Positions 17,642 through 26,225 of a stretch of 44,899 nt of DNA are shown piece by piece. Each line of letters begins with the position of its first letter. Positions within the stretch are counted from its first letter, which is position 1. Both the position numbers and the translations under genes were made by a program. This DNA is from Escherichia phage Pride. The notes under the pieces were generated by a model, which saw only the letters and a program-made list of their open reading frames with translations, was not told where the DNA came from and did not search any database. The stretch is taken from sequence record KX534341.1; one strand, 5' to 3'.

Positions 17642-19420
17642 ATGGCAGCGGGCACACTATCCGTAACGAATAACAGCAAGGCGGTTGTAGGGGTCGGCAC
17701 AACGTTTACCTCGTTTAACGCTGGCGACTTCTTAACGCTGGTGGTAGGACAAGTCCCCTACACCGTAGCAATCGCGTCCATTGAAAGCGAAACCGCGCTT
17801 ACGCTGGTGTTGCCGTTCGACGGCCCAACGGCAACCGGCCTCGCGTGGGATGGCGTTAAGCGCGATACCATGTCACTGGCGACGATGGGTGTAACCGTAC
17901 AGGCACAGAAAGCATTGCGCTTGATGATTGCAGATGAAAACAACTGGCGTGCAATCTTCGGCGACGCTGAAGAAATCACCGTGACGCTGCCTAACGGGCA
18001 GGTAATGCAGGGTATGTCATGGGGCTACCTGTCGCAGTTGATGAAACAGATCGACCCCGTTGAGATGCTAAACCTGCAACAACAAGCCGCCGCATCGGAA
18101 GCAGCCGCGCAAGGATACCGCGACCAGGCCGAAGGCATTAAAACCGAGACGGCAGGCATCCGCGACGACACCAGGTTGATTAATGCTGATACGCTGGCGA
18201 TCCGCAACGACACCGATGCCATCAGGACGAATACCAACCAGATTAAATCAGATACGCAGGCCATTAAGGACCAGACGAACCAGATCAAGACGGACACCGG
18301 CGTTATTCGCGACGAAGCCAATACCGCGAAGACGGACGCGCAATCCGCCCGCGATGCTGCGCTGGGATACCGGAACGAGGCCGAACAGTTCAAGAATGAG
18401 ATCGACCCGTCGAAACTTCTGGCAAAGGCCAACAACCTTAGCGACGTTGCCGACCCCGCGGCAGCGCGCGACCACTTAGGCATCGGGCCTGACGACACCC
18501 TTAACCTTGGTGGCCTGGTAACGTCCGGCAGTATCTCCGCGGGCCGCAACACATGGGATGGGTCTAACTGGGGGAGCCAGGGACTTCTCGCCTCATTAGT
18601 GGTCCTATACCCGGACGGAAGCTCAGCCCCAGGCTTATACGTGCGAAAATCCAACGGCGACAGCGGATATGCGGCGGGATGGTTGTATAACGAGAACAGT
18701 ATCAGTTGGGCTACTAACGCGCGTATTGCGGGCTTTCAGTTCCGGTCCCCTAAAGGCGCGATGGGGTATAACCAGCTATGGTCAGAGGCTGTGGTGCGTG
18801 CGGACGACTTCATGGCACAGAATGGCGCGGAAAACTATAAGTCGTTAATCGCGGGGGCCGCTACAACGCAAGGTCACGGATACTCGGGCGGTGTCTCGTT
18901 CGGGATAATGACAACTGGCATAAACAACTGGCCCCGGGCGCAGATCTCGATCGGCACAGCAGACCGTGACGCCGCTGGGAATATGGCTTCGCAGATGCAC
19001 TTCCGCTTTAATGAATATGGGCAGATTTCTTACACAGGGCCACTGGGGACGGGGTCGTTCCAGCAAGTACCTGCGTCGGATCGCAACCTGAAGCATGACA
19101 TTGCCGATGACGCAAGCAGCACCGCCTACGACAATATCAAGGCTTTGCGGTTCCGCACGTTCGTATTCAACAACGATGAACAGGAACGGCAGCGTCGCGG
19201 TATTATTGCGCAGGAAGCGGAAGAAATCGACCCGCTGTATGTGAAGCACCGCGTGTATAACAATCACGAATTAAATGGGCCTCTGGTGCACCAGCTTGAA
19301 CTGGATACGACACCGCTGTTACTCGACACTATGCGAGCGTTGCAGGATACGATTAAGCAGGTGGAGGATTTGAAGGCGGAGATCGCAGCGATGAAGCAGG
19401 CGGAAGAGTTGAAGAAATAA
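17642..19420 (+). CDS. Tail fibre protein with C-terminal intramolecular chaperone (peptidase S74-like) domain
   Basis: ATG 17642 with GAGGA RBS; repetitive segments (IRDDTRLINADTLAIRNDTDAIRTNTNQIKSDTQAIKDQTNQIKTDTGVIRDE); C-terminal DRNLKHDI...RTFVFNND motif typical of self-cleaving fibre chaperone domains. Confidence 0.8.
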   Translation: MAAGTLSVTNNSKAVVGVGTTFTSFNAGDFLTLVVGQVPYTVAIASIESETALTLVLPFDGPTATGLAWDGVKRDTMSLATMGVTVQAQKALRLMIADENNWRAIFGDAEEITVTLPNGQVMQGMSWGYLSQLMKQIDPVEMLNLQQQAAASEAAAQGYRDQAEGIKTETAGIRDDTRLINADTLAIRNDTDAIRTNTNQIKSDTQAIKDQTNQIKTDTGVIRDEANTAKTDAQSARDAALGYRNEAEQFKNEIDPSKLLAKANNLSDVADPAAARDHLGIGPDDTLNLGGLVTSGSISAGRNTWDGSNWGSQGLLASLVVLYPDGSSAPGLYVRKSNGDSGYAAGWLYNENSISWATNARIAGFQFRSPKGAMGYNQLWSEAVVRADDFMAQNGAENYKSLIAGAATTQGHGYSGGVSFGIMTTGINNWPRAQISIGTADRDAAGNMASQMHFRFNEYGQISYTGPLGTGSFQQVPASDRNLKHDIADDASSTAYDNIKALRFRTFVFNNDEQERQRRGIIAQEAEEIDPLYVKHRVYNNHELNGPLVHQLELDTTPLLLDTMRALQDTIKQVEDLKAEIAAMKQAEELKK

Positions 19421-19424
19421 GAGA

Positions 19425-19445
19425 GGGGCCATACAGCCCCTTTTT
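19425..19445. terminator. Bidirectional intrinsic terminator (ggggc-cataca-gcccc-ttttt) between tail fibre gene and convergent minus-strand operon
   Basis: GC stem, T-run on plus strand and T-rich flank on minus strand. Confidence 0.55.
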
Positions 19446-20019
19446 AGTTTGAGTTTTCCCAGTCCATTTTGCGCCGCACCAGCGGGCTTTCGTAATATTC
19501 CTTTCCTTCCACTTCCACCAAAGGCCAGTCGTTCACAATCACGTATGGCTCCGCGATATCCTCAATCACGCCGTGCGCGCTTTGCGGCCCTAACGACACA
19601 CCAACCAGGATAACACCGGCAACGCGACGGGTCAGATATTCGCGAGCGCAACGTGCCTCAACCAGCCCACGACGGATGCCGCTGGTGGCCTTAACCTCGT
19701 AGGTCCATACGGCATCGATCACATGCTCGCGGAAGTCGGGACCGGACTTCACCTTGCGCTTGCCTACCATGATAATATCGCCGCGGTCTATGGTATTGGC
19801 ACTAAACAAGCCGGTACGCATGAGCAAACCTTGCGGTATACAACTGCGCCCGCCTGCTTGCCCTTCAAGGTACATGCCCGCAAACATTTCGCCCAGCACA
19901 CCGACCAGTCGGCTTTGCTTGCACGCGTCGGACTTTAAGCGCCATTGGTCAAACTCGATGCTTGCTATCATTGCCGCCAGGTGGAATTGTTTACCGGATA
20001 TTTCATATTCGCCGTACAT
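19444..20019 (-). CDS. Hypothetical protein with possible PD-(D/E)XK nuclease-like motif
   Basis: 191-aa ORF; GDIIMVG ... DAVWTYEVK resembles a D...E.K catalytic arrangement; weak. Confidence 0.4.
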   Translation of the reverse strand: MYGEYEISGKQFHLAAMIASIEFDQWRLKSDACKQSRLVGVLGEMFAGMYLEGQAGGRSCIPQGLLMRTGLFSANTIDRGDIIMVGKRKVKSGPDFREHVIDAVWTYEVKATSGIRRGLVEARCAREYLTRRVAGVILVGVSLGPQSAHGVIEDIAEPYVIVNDWPLVEVEGKEYYESPLVRRKMDWENSN

Positions 20020-20061
20020 CGTGTGGTCCTCATTGATGCGGGCCGAAGCCCGCGATTAGAA

Positions 20062-20616
20062 TTATTTCAGTGCGCTACGTACCAGTGTTTTTTCCATGTT
20101 GCGGAAGTCTTCCGGCGTCATGAGGATTTTGGACCCATCCTCTCCAGTGAGCACGACCATAGGCTGGACGTCCTGGGCCGCTACGCCGAAATTGGCGGCT
20201 TTGACAGTCTTCCCGAACGAGGCCACCACACCTTCGGCAACGCGCATCGCACTGTTATACGCATTAATCTCGCCATCTAGTCGTACGGACAGGTCTTTGA
20301 GGCTGTCGAATTGTGCTGCCGTTGTGTCGATCTGGATCTCGTCATGCACGGTCATGTACGACTCGCCCAGCAGTGCGGCATATGCTACCAGGTCAACGAT
20401 GTTATCGTCCTGGTGCTTACGGTGCTGGCGTACCAGCTTCAGGCAGATCAAGAAGGTCCAGGCTTCTTGCTCGGTCAGGTCGCGACCGGTAAGCGCGTTA
20501 AACACGTCAGCGATCTGTTTAGCGCTACGCTCTTCTTTCGCGTTGTCATAGCCGTTTTCTTTTCCGCGCTGTTCCATAGTGGTGGCGGCGTTTTTGCAGT
20601 ATTCGTATGCTTTCAT
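20062..20616 (-). CDS. Hypothetical protein
   Basis: ORF; ATG 20616 with AAGGA RBS preferred over 20640; promoter immediately upstream. Confidence 0.6.
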   Translation of the reverse strand: MKAYEYCKNAATTMEQRGKENGYDNAKEERSAKQIADVFNALTGRDLTEQEAWTFLICLKLVRQHRKHQDDNIVDLVAYAALLGESYMTVHDEIQIDTTAAQFDSLKDLSVRLDGEINAYNSAMRVAEGVVASFGKTVKAANFGVAAQDVQPMVVLTGEDGSKILMTPEDFRNMEKTLVRSALK

Positions 20617-20629
20617 TATGTGGTCCTTT

Positions 20630-21145
20630 TTAGGGGCCATATCGCCCCGACGAGTTAACTATAGTGCAACCAATAGGTTGGTTGCAAGTAAATTTTGCAA
20701 CGTTTATCGCATAAATTTTCGAGACCAGATCGCTGCACGCCCGTCGAATGGCCGCGATGTTCTTCGGGCAGTCTTCAATGATGACCAGTTCCGATACGTC
20801 CGCATAGCAGACCATTTTGAACACGGCGCACGCTTTAAACTCTGGCGGCGGGGTATCGTCCAGCATGTGGCGCATAAACAACCGGCCTACGGGGAATACT
20901 TCCAATTGCTCGACGGTAGTCTCCCAGCATTCTCGCTGCCGGTTGGTCAGATACGCGATCTCGAAGCCTTGCTCTTTGTACATGGTCAGCAGCGGCAGCA
21001 TATCCATGTTCAGATCTTCGCGTATATGCGCTTTGTGCCACTTCGCCCAAAAGGTGGATTTTGTTTTTATACCTGGCACCAGGTCGGCACGCGCATCGCT
21101 TGAACCATTAATAACGCCATCAAGATCACAAATCAGTAGTTTCAT
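20630..21145 (-). CDS. HAD-superfamily hydrolase-like protein (putative phosphatase/nucleotidase)
   Basis: N-terminal DxDG motif (ICDLDGVI), downstream T/S (LTNR) and acidic (IIEDCPKN) motifs. Confidence 0.5.
   Translation of the reverse strand: MKLLICDLDGVINGSSDARADLVPGIKTKSTFWAKWHKAHIREDLNMDMLPLLTMYKEQGFEIAYLTNRQRECWETTVEQLEVFPVGRLFMRHMLDDTPPPEFKACAVFKMVCYADVSELVIIEDCPKNIAAIRRACSDLVSKIYAINVAKFTCNQPIGCTIVNSSGRYGP
20658..20687 (-). promoter_or_regulatory. Predicted promoter (TTGCAA-N18-TATAGT) within palindrome TGCAACCAA-TAGG-TTGGTTGCA
   Basis: -35 20682..20687, -10 20658..20663 on minus strand; same architecture as the 1508..1537 promoter. Confidence 0.45.
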
Positions 21146-21366
21146 TTTAATTCCTCAACCAAATCCGAACGAACAACTCTGGCGGAAAACTTGTTACACA
21201 CAAGATGCCAATTTGCGGTTATGACAAGCCAGCCGGTAAGGTCCAGACCCAGGATATATTCTGGACGTGACACTCGCTTCACACGATCGCGGCGCGGATC
21301 GATGTTATAGTCTCTTTGCATTCGGTCTACTACCGCAGGGTCGCGGTCAACGATTAAGATATTCAA
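21142..21366 (-). CDS. Hypothetical protein
   Basis: ORF in operon context. Confidence 0.5.
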   Translation of the reverse strand: MNILIVDRDPAVVDRMQRDYNIDPRRDRVKRVSRPEYILGLDLTGWLVITANWHLVCNKFSARVVRSDLVEELK

Positions 21367-21832
21367 GGAGTTCTCCTTCGCTCATTATTTCAATTTGTGC
21401 GCTGCCGGTTGGTGGCGCTTCGTCAAATATTATCAATTGCTGGCACTTGTTATTGCTCGGCCCGACTTCACCGGTGACAGCGTGTATAAATCTCACCCGC
21501 CAGTCCAGAAGAATTATCATATTGGCAGTCTTCCGGGCCAACTTCGCCCACTTCGTCGACGTGTCCTGATTCAGTAGCATGACAGTCCGGCGACCGTGCG
21601 CTGCGCATTCCACCCACGGCAGCGGGTCGGAATACGGCGGATTGCACCACTTCCACCCTTTCAAATCAGCCCAGTCCACATCAAGCGCGCTATGTTCTGC
21701 TGTGAAGTAACGCGGTAGCAGGTGGTTGGCATCGCTTGCCGCCATATCGTAACGGAATCGGTATTTCCGACGAAGCGGTTTGAATAAAGCTGGCGGCGTG
21801 CGCCAGCTATCTTTTTGCTCACTCTTCTGCAT
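21347..21832 (-). CDS. DNA N6-adenine methyltransferase (phage Dam-like)
   Basis: NPPY catalytic motif (WCNPPYS) and N-terminal SWRTPP region typical of the small phage Dam family as recalled from memory. Confidence 0.65.
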   Translation of the reverse strand: MQKSEQKDSWRTPPALFKPLRRKYRFRYDMAASDANHLLPRYFTAEHSALDVDWADLKGWKWCNPPYSDPLPWVECAAHGRRTVMLLNQDTSTKWAKLARKTANMIILLDWRVRFIHAVTGEVGPSNNKCQQLIIFDEAPPTGSAQIEIMSEGELLEYLNR

Positions 21833-22283
21833 GACCTGGATCTATCGCGTATAAAGGGACTTTATTGCCGGTTTTCATAACGCGCTGGACGCGCTTTGAC
21901 TCCTCGGCGCTCATTGGGCGCATATCAGTGCTATAACCACCGTTTGATGTGTGCCGCCACGCTATCAGCACCAGATCTTTCCGGTCGATCTTAGACTGGC
22001 GGCCCTTCGGTCGCACGTACGCCTCGGCCCGTTTGCAATGCTCGCGCAGACCTTCGGCAGTGATGCGGTTTAGCGCGACGGTGGTTGTGTACCCGGTGCG
22101 CTGCATAATACCCATCAACCCATACAGCAGTTCGAAGCGCTCCTCTAACTCCTTGCGCATCTTTTCCTCGCCTTCATAGCTCGCCAGGTAGGTATCCGCC
22201 AGCGCGTTCGCCCGTTCGACCTGTTCGCGGGCTTCGAGGCATTGCGCGGCCCAGTAATTTTTCTCTTCTTGTAAAATTTTCAT
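21819..22283 (-). CDS. Hypothetical protein
   Basis: ORF with promoter of ATTGGTTGCA class upstream. Confidence 0.6.
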   Translation of the reverse strand: MKILQEEKNYWAAQCLEAREQVERANALADTYLASYEGEEKMRKELEERFELLYGLMGIMQRTGYTTTVALNRITAEGLREHCKRAEAYVRPKGRQSKIDRKDLVLIAWRHTSNGGYSTDMRPMSAEESKRVQRVMKTGNKVPLYAIDPGHAEE

Positions 22284-22330
22284 CGTGTTGTCTCCAGGTA
22301 TTAAAAAGGGCGTCCAAACCGGACACCCTC

Positions 22331-22359
22331 AATATAAGGCAACCAATATGACTATGCAA
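22331..22359 (-). promoter_or_regulatory. Predicted promoter (TTGCAT-N17-TATATT) with two tandem ATTGGTTGC motifs
   Basis: -35 22354..22359, -10 22331..22336 on minus strand. Confidence 0.45.
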
Positions 22360-22364
22360 CCAAT

Positions 22365-22688
22365 TTACGCATAAAAGTTCGGGTCGCGTGCAACGTCTAC
22401 CAGGTAAAGGTTGCTTATGCGGTTGCCGTAGTGCCCTGGAGTGCGCTGGCGGCACACAACGGCGAAGCCTGGAGGGATTGTATTGCCCGTCTCAATAATC
22501 CACGCCACGCGTGCGCCAGACAGCGTCTTGCCGTTGTATTCGATACGTGTTCCGCCATCGGCGGTATTGAGGTTGCCAATTTTGCAGCCGGTGGACTTCA
22601 GACGAATGACGCCGGTTTTGCTGTCGTAGGAGAATAACTGGTTAGTCATTGCAACCGAAAAATCGATGGCTTCGAATGAAGTATTCAT
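22365..22688 (-). CDS. Hypothetical protein
   Basis: ORF in operon context. Confidence 0.6.
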   Translation of the reverse strand: MNTSFEAIDFSVAMTNQLFSYDSKTGVIRLKSTGCKIGNLNTADGGTRIEYNGKTLSGARVAWIIETGNTIPPGFAVVCRQRTPGHYGNRISNLYLVDVARDPNFYA

Positions 22689-23380
22689 TTTAAATTTTCC
22701 TCGTTAACCGCTATCGCGAAGCCGCGCGGAGTGAGCGACCGGATTAATTTTGTGCGGGCTGATTTGCCTCCGAGGCGACTATACTGCTTCGAGTACCCTT
22801 TTTCAACGAAAACAGGTCTCTTCTCTGGCATACGGAAGCCGTTGCCGGTCCATAAGCAGGTCAGCTTCGGATATGAATCGCGGGCGTTGATGTATTCCGG
22901 GAAGAGCGGGTGTACGTCATCCTCCGGCAGATATCCCCCATACTCCCACGGGTCGAATGAGTGATCCGGCTTGCGCCACTGGGTGGAAAGCACACTGCGC
23001 GGATTCTCAATCATATACGGCACTTCGAAGAAGTCACCCAGGTACGCGGCGATCTTCGCGGTGCGCACCGCCTTAAGCTGGAAGGCCGGGTCGCGGGCGC
23101 GTTTGCGCGGGAAAGCTGGCGCACCGCTCACCGCCAGATCAGTACACGGCGGGAATGCGTAGATGATATCTGGCGTACCGAAATCGCCATTCATCGCGCG
23201 GTCTACAAAGTCCAGATCAATAAACTCATTGCGATATCGGATCCCGCGACCATAAATCCGGTAGTCCAGGTACGACCCGTGATCGGCTTCGGAGTAGTTA
23301 AAACAGTAGCACTTATGCCCCATCTCGGCAGCACGCTCAATCATCAAGCCGCTGCCGTCAAACAATGACCAGATTATCAT
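22685..23380 (-). CDS. DNA cytosine-5 methyltransferase-like protein (small)
   Basis: Motif I-like LFDGSG, motif IV-like FPPC..AVSGA, motif VI-like IENP. Confidence 0.6.
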   Translation of the reverse strand: MIIWSLFDGSGLMIERAAEMGHKCYCFNYSEADHGSYLDYRIYGRGIRYRNEFIDLDFVDRAMNGDFGTPDIIYAFPPCTDLAVSGAPAFPRKRARDPAFQLKAVRTAKIAAYLGDFFEVPYMIENPRSVLSTQWRKPDHSFDPWEYGGYLPEDDVHPLFPEYINARDSYPKLTCLWTGNGFRMPEKRPVFVEKGYSKQYSRLGGKSARTKLIRSLTPRGFAIAVNEENLK

Positions 23381-24801
23381 TTGCGCGCCTTCTTAGCTTT
23401 CATGTATTCCATCAAGTCGTCCTGAATATCCCGCTTACTGTCGCGACGCTCGGCGACCAGTTCGTCCAGTGTTCCGCGCGCCTGGATAATGTAGACGAAT
23501 ACCGGTCGAGGGTGCCCGGCCTGCATCTGGCGAACCGGCCCGATACGCTCAACGATCTGCGAAAAGTGCTCAAAGTTCCAGGTATCGGAGAAGATTGCCA
23601 GGTGATGACCGCCGTCCTGCAAGTTAAGGCCGTGGCCTGCCGATGCCGGGTGTGCAAACATGATGGGGATCTCACCCCTGTTCCACGCTTCCATATCCTT
23701 ATTGCCCTGCTTACCTTTACCCAACGCAACGCCGTGCGGAAATTTCTTCTTAAGTCGTGCCAGGTCATGCTTATACTGATACGCAACGAGCAACGGCGCG
23801 CCGTTCAACTCCTCTACGATACTCTCCAGCGCGTCCAGCTTCGCGTCGTGAATCTTCACCCACTCGTCGGTCCGTTCGCCGTCTTCGTCCACCTTATACA
23901 CGGCCCCGGATGCAAGCTGAAGGCACTTAATTGTCTTCGACGCCGCGTTCGCCGCTTCCACTGTTCCGCTTTCCAGTTCTGCAAATAGCTCGCTTTCAAA
24001 CTGGTCATAAATCTTACGCGCTTTCTTCGGCAGGTCCACAACAACCGGCGTATAGATTGGCTTGTCGCACCCGAAGTATTCCGCCGCGTCAACGGTGAGG
24101 GATACATCTGACAGACGTTGTTGTATCTCTTTCTCGGAGTTCTTTAGCGGAGCGTGCTGCATAGTGAAGCTGCTAGGCTTAACAGGCTTGCTAATGAACC
24201 AGCGGTCGGTAAATGCCTTATAGCTACTGCCGAGGCGTTCGCCACCGTCGACAAACCACGTCTGACCCCATAAGTCTTTTAGCCCGTTTGGCGCTGGTGT
24301 GCCGGTAAGGTTAATCCAGCGCTTGACGTGTTTATGTGCAATCGCTGCCAGTGCGCGGGCGCGCTTGCTCCCCTGCTTGCTACGATAGCCTTTCAGCTTA
24401 GTCGATTCATCGGCAACAACGACCGTAAAGGGCCACGCATCGCCGTAATAGTCGACCAGCCACTCAACCACATCATAGTTAACACAAACCACGTTAGCGT
24501 CGCTCTCCAGCGCTGCAATGCGGTCCTTCTCTGGACCAGTGCCGTCTACTACCAGCAGGGCTGGGAAGCGCCATTTCTCCTGCTCCGGGGGCCAGGTGCC
24601 GGACGCAACGCGCAGCGGGGCCAGCACCAGTACGCGGTCCTCCTGGTTGGACAGGATACCCGTCTGGAACATTTTATTCAGCGCCCACATTGTCGCGCCG
24701 GTTTTACCCGATCCCATTGTCGCCCATATATTACATCGCTTATGCTTGAGGATGAACGCGGTTATCAACTTCTGATATTCGCGGCGTCGGAATCGTGCCA
24801 T
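23377..24801 (-). CDS. SNF2-family DNA helicase/ATPase
   Basis: Walker A (GSGKTG), DExx (VVADESTKLK), LTGTP motif, C-terminal helicase domain; ATG 24801 chosen. Confidence 0.8.
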   Translation of the reverse strand: MARFRRREYQKLITAFILKHKRCNIWATMGSGKTGATMWALNKMFQTGILSNQEDRVLVLAPLRVASGTWPPEQEKWRFPALLVVDGTGPEKDRIAALESDANVVCVNYDVVEWLVDYYGDAWPFTVVVADESTKLKGYRSKQGSKRARALAAIAHKHVKRWINLTGTPAPNGLKDLWGQTWFVDGGERLGSSYKAFTDRWFISKPVKPSSFTMQHAPLKNSEKEIQQRLSDVSLTVDAAEYFGCDKPIYTPVVVDLPKKARKIYDQFESELFAELESGTVEAANAASKTIKCLQLASGAVYKVDEDGERTDEWVKIHDAKLDALESIVEELNGAPLLVAYQYKHDLARLKKKFPHGVALGKGKQGNKDMEAWNRGEIPIMFAHPASAGHGLNLQDGGHHLAIFSDTWNFEHFSQIVERIGPVRQMQAGHPRPVFVYIIQARGTLDELVAERRDSKRDIQDDLMEYMKAKKARK

Positions 24802-24805
24802 ATCT

Positions 24806-25039
24806 TTATTCCGCCTTTTTCCAGACTTCAGTTTCACTGTTCCAGTTCCTTTTTGTGGCGTCGTAGTTGGTGGCGTGTCCGACGTGGACACCGGTAGCCC
24901 GGAAGCTCTTAAATTTTTGCCAGCACACCGTCAACGGCAGCGGATCATTCATGCCTGCGATAAACCATACGCGATCGCCCGGTTTACATTCGCCCAGCTT
25001 GGTGAGTCGGTAATGTTCTTTCATCGTCATGTCTCCCAA
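24806..25039 (-). CDS. Hypothetical protein
   Basis: ORF in operon context. Confidence 0.5.
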   Translation of the reverse strand: MGDMTMKEHYRLTKLGECKPGDRVWFIAGMNDPLPLTVCWQKFKSFRATGVHVGHATNYDATKRNWNSETEVWKKAE

Positions 25040-25067
25040 AAATGGCGGGACAAGCCCGCCGTATTAA

Positions 25068-25241
25068 TTATTTTTGTTCTGCACGGTAGCGGCGCTGCCG
25101 TTCGCGCTCTTTTTTATTGCGGCACGATTTGCACTCTGCCCGATACCCGTCTGGACTTCGCGCAGTCTTACCGGTGTATTTGTGGAACTGGGATAGCGGC
25201 TTTACACAGCCGCAATTACTACAACGTTTTTCTTCAATCAT
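25068..25241 (-). CDS. Small zinc-ribbon protein (CxxC...CxxC plus basic tail)
   Basis: ATG 25241 with GAGGA RBS; CSNCGC...CKSCRNKK pattern resembles the N-terminal zinc-ribbon repeats of the neighbouring HNH protein. Confidence 0.5.
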   Translation of the reverse strand: MIEEKRCSNCGCVKPLSQFHKYTGKTARSPDGYRAECKSCRNKKERERQRRYRAEQK

Positions 25242-25272
25242 CTCTAAAATCCTCGATATGGCTAACCGGCAC

Positions 25273-25301
25273 ACTATACCGCTATGCGACCAATTCAGCA
25301 A
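25273..25301 (-). promoter_or_regulatory. Predicted promoter (TTGCTG-N17-TATAGT) with ATTGGTTGC / ATTGGTCGC motifs
   Basis: -35 25296..25301, -10 25273..25278 on minus strand. Confidence 0.45.
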
Positions 25302-25560
25302 CCAATAAATCACAGTCGGCTATGCTGTCGATAACGCGAACGTCCGCACCGCGGCGGGCCATTCGCTCATGTTCTCGTACCTGGTGCGGCTTAGGTTTAC
25401 CGCCTGGGCGCTTCACTTCGACGAAAACTATCTTGCCGTTGATGATGATAATCAGATCGGGCGCGCCTGCGCGCCCCTCCCACGCCACTTTACGGCAGAA
25501 TCCGCCAACCTCTTTAACCCGTTTCATAAGGTGACGCTGCACCTTGCCTTCTGGTGTCAT
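25282..25560 (-). CDS. VRR-NUC domain nuclease
   Basis: PDLIIII..GKIVFVEVKRPGGKPKPHQ motif; ATG 25560 with AAGGAAAAG RBS. Confidence 0.65.
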   Translation of the reverse strand: MTPEGKVQRHLMKRVKEVGGFCRKVAWEGRAGAPDLIIIINGKIVFVEVKRPGGKPKPHQVREHERMARRGADVRVIDSIADCDLLVAELVA

Positions 25561-26159
25561 TGTCGGCTTTTCCTTACGGCAGCGATGGCAGGTCCGATAA
25601 ACTTCTTCATTTCGTCCGGGGTAAACCGATCCCCGCGGGCTATGTTGCACTCTACGCAGCACGGCACGCAGTTATCTTTCGTATGGCCTACTGCGTTGTC
25701 GAGTCGGTCCGCGCCATTGTCGCCGGTGAATCCGCAGTATGCGCACGGCTGAGAAGTAAGGCGCAGCACGTCCTCTGTAGTAAGGTCGGTGTTTAGCCCC
25801 TTCCTTTCGTCTGCCTTACGGTACTGAAAGAGTTTATAGTAAGCGCGGATCTCTGGTGTCCGGTGGTTGTACTCGCGGCGTGACTTATTAGCGCACGATC
25901 GGCATTCTTTACGAATATGTGACCCGTTTGCTTGGCTTCCTGGCCGGAAGTTTTCCGGCGTGAGCGGCTTGCGCTCACCGCACGTACGACATGTTACGAT
26001 CTCCCCGGTGTACTCTCGCCATACTTCTCTCGGCGGCGCGCCTCTTTCCTTATCCCGTCTCTCTTTCTTATATGCCGCCATGCATTTGGCGCACCACGAC
26101 TGGCCCTTGTTGAAAGCGGACTCATCTTTACCCGTATTACAACGCCCACAATGTTTCAT
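25557..26159 (-). CDS. HNH endonuclease with N-terminal zinc-ribbon repeats
   Basis: HNH motif (CAYCG...DRLDNAVGHTKDNCVPCCVECN); two CxxC..CxxC modules at N-terminus. Confidence 0.75.
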   Translation of the reverse strand: MKHCGRCNTGKDESAFNKGQSWCAKCMAAYKKERRDKERGAPPREVWREYTGEIVTCRTCGERKPLTPENFRPGSQANGSHIRKECRSCANKSRREYNHRTPEIRAYYKLFQYRKADERKGLNTDLTTEDVLRLTSQPCAYCGFTGDNGADRLDNAVGHTKDNCVPCCVECNIARGDRFTPDEMKKFIGPAIAAVRKSRQ

Positions 26160-26225
26160 ATACACCTCGAAAAAGAAAACGCCAGACAATAATGCCCAAC
26201 GTTTCCGCTAAAAGCAACATTTCCG

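Noticed and set aside
20040-20060. Hairpin gcgggc-cgaa-gcccgc between two minus-strand genes as a terminator
   Set aside because: No U-run follows the stem on either strand; more likely an RNA-stabilising stem-loop or processing site than an intrinsic terminator.
23412-24897. ORFs 23365..23988(+), 23412..23786(-) and 24328..24897(+) overlapping the SNF2 helicase gene
   Set aside because: Antisense or out of frame to a well-supported helicase ORF with conserved motifs.
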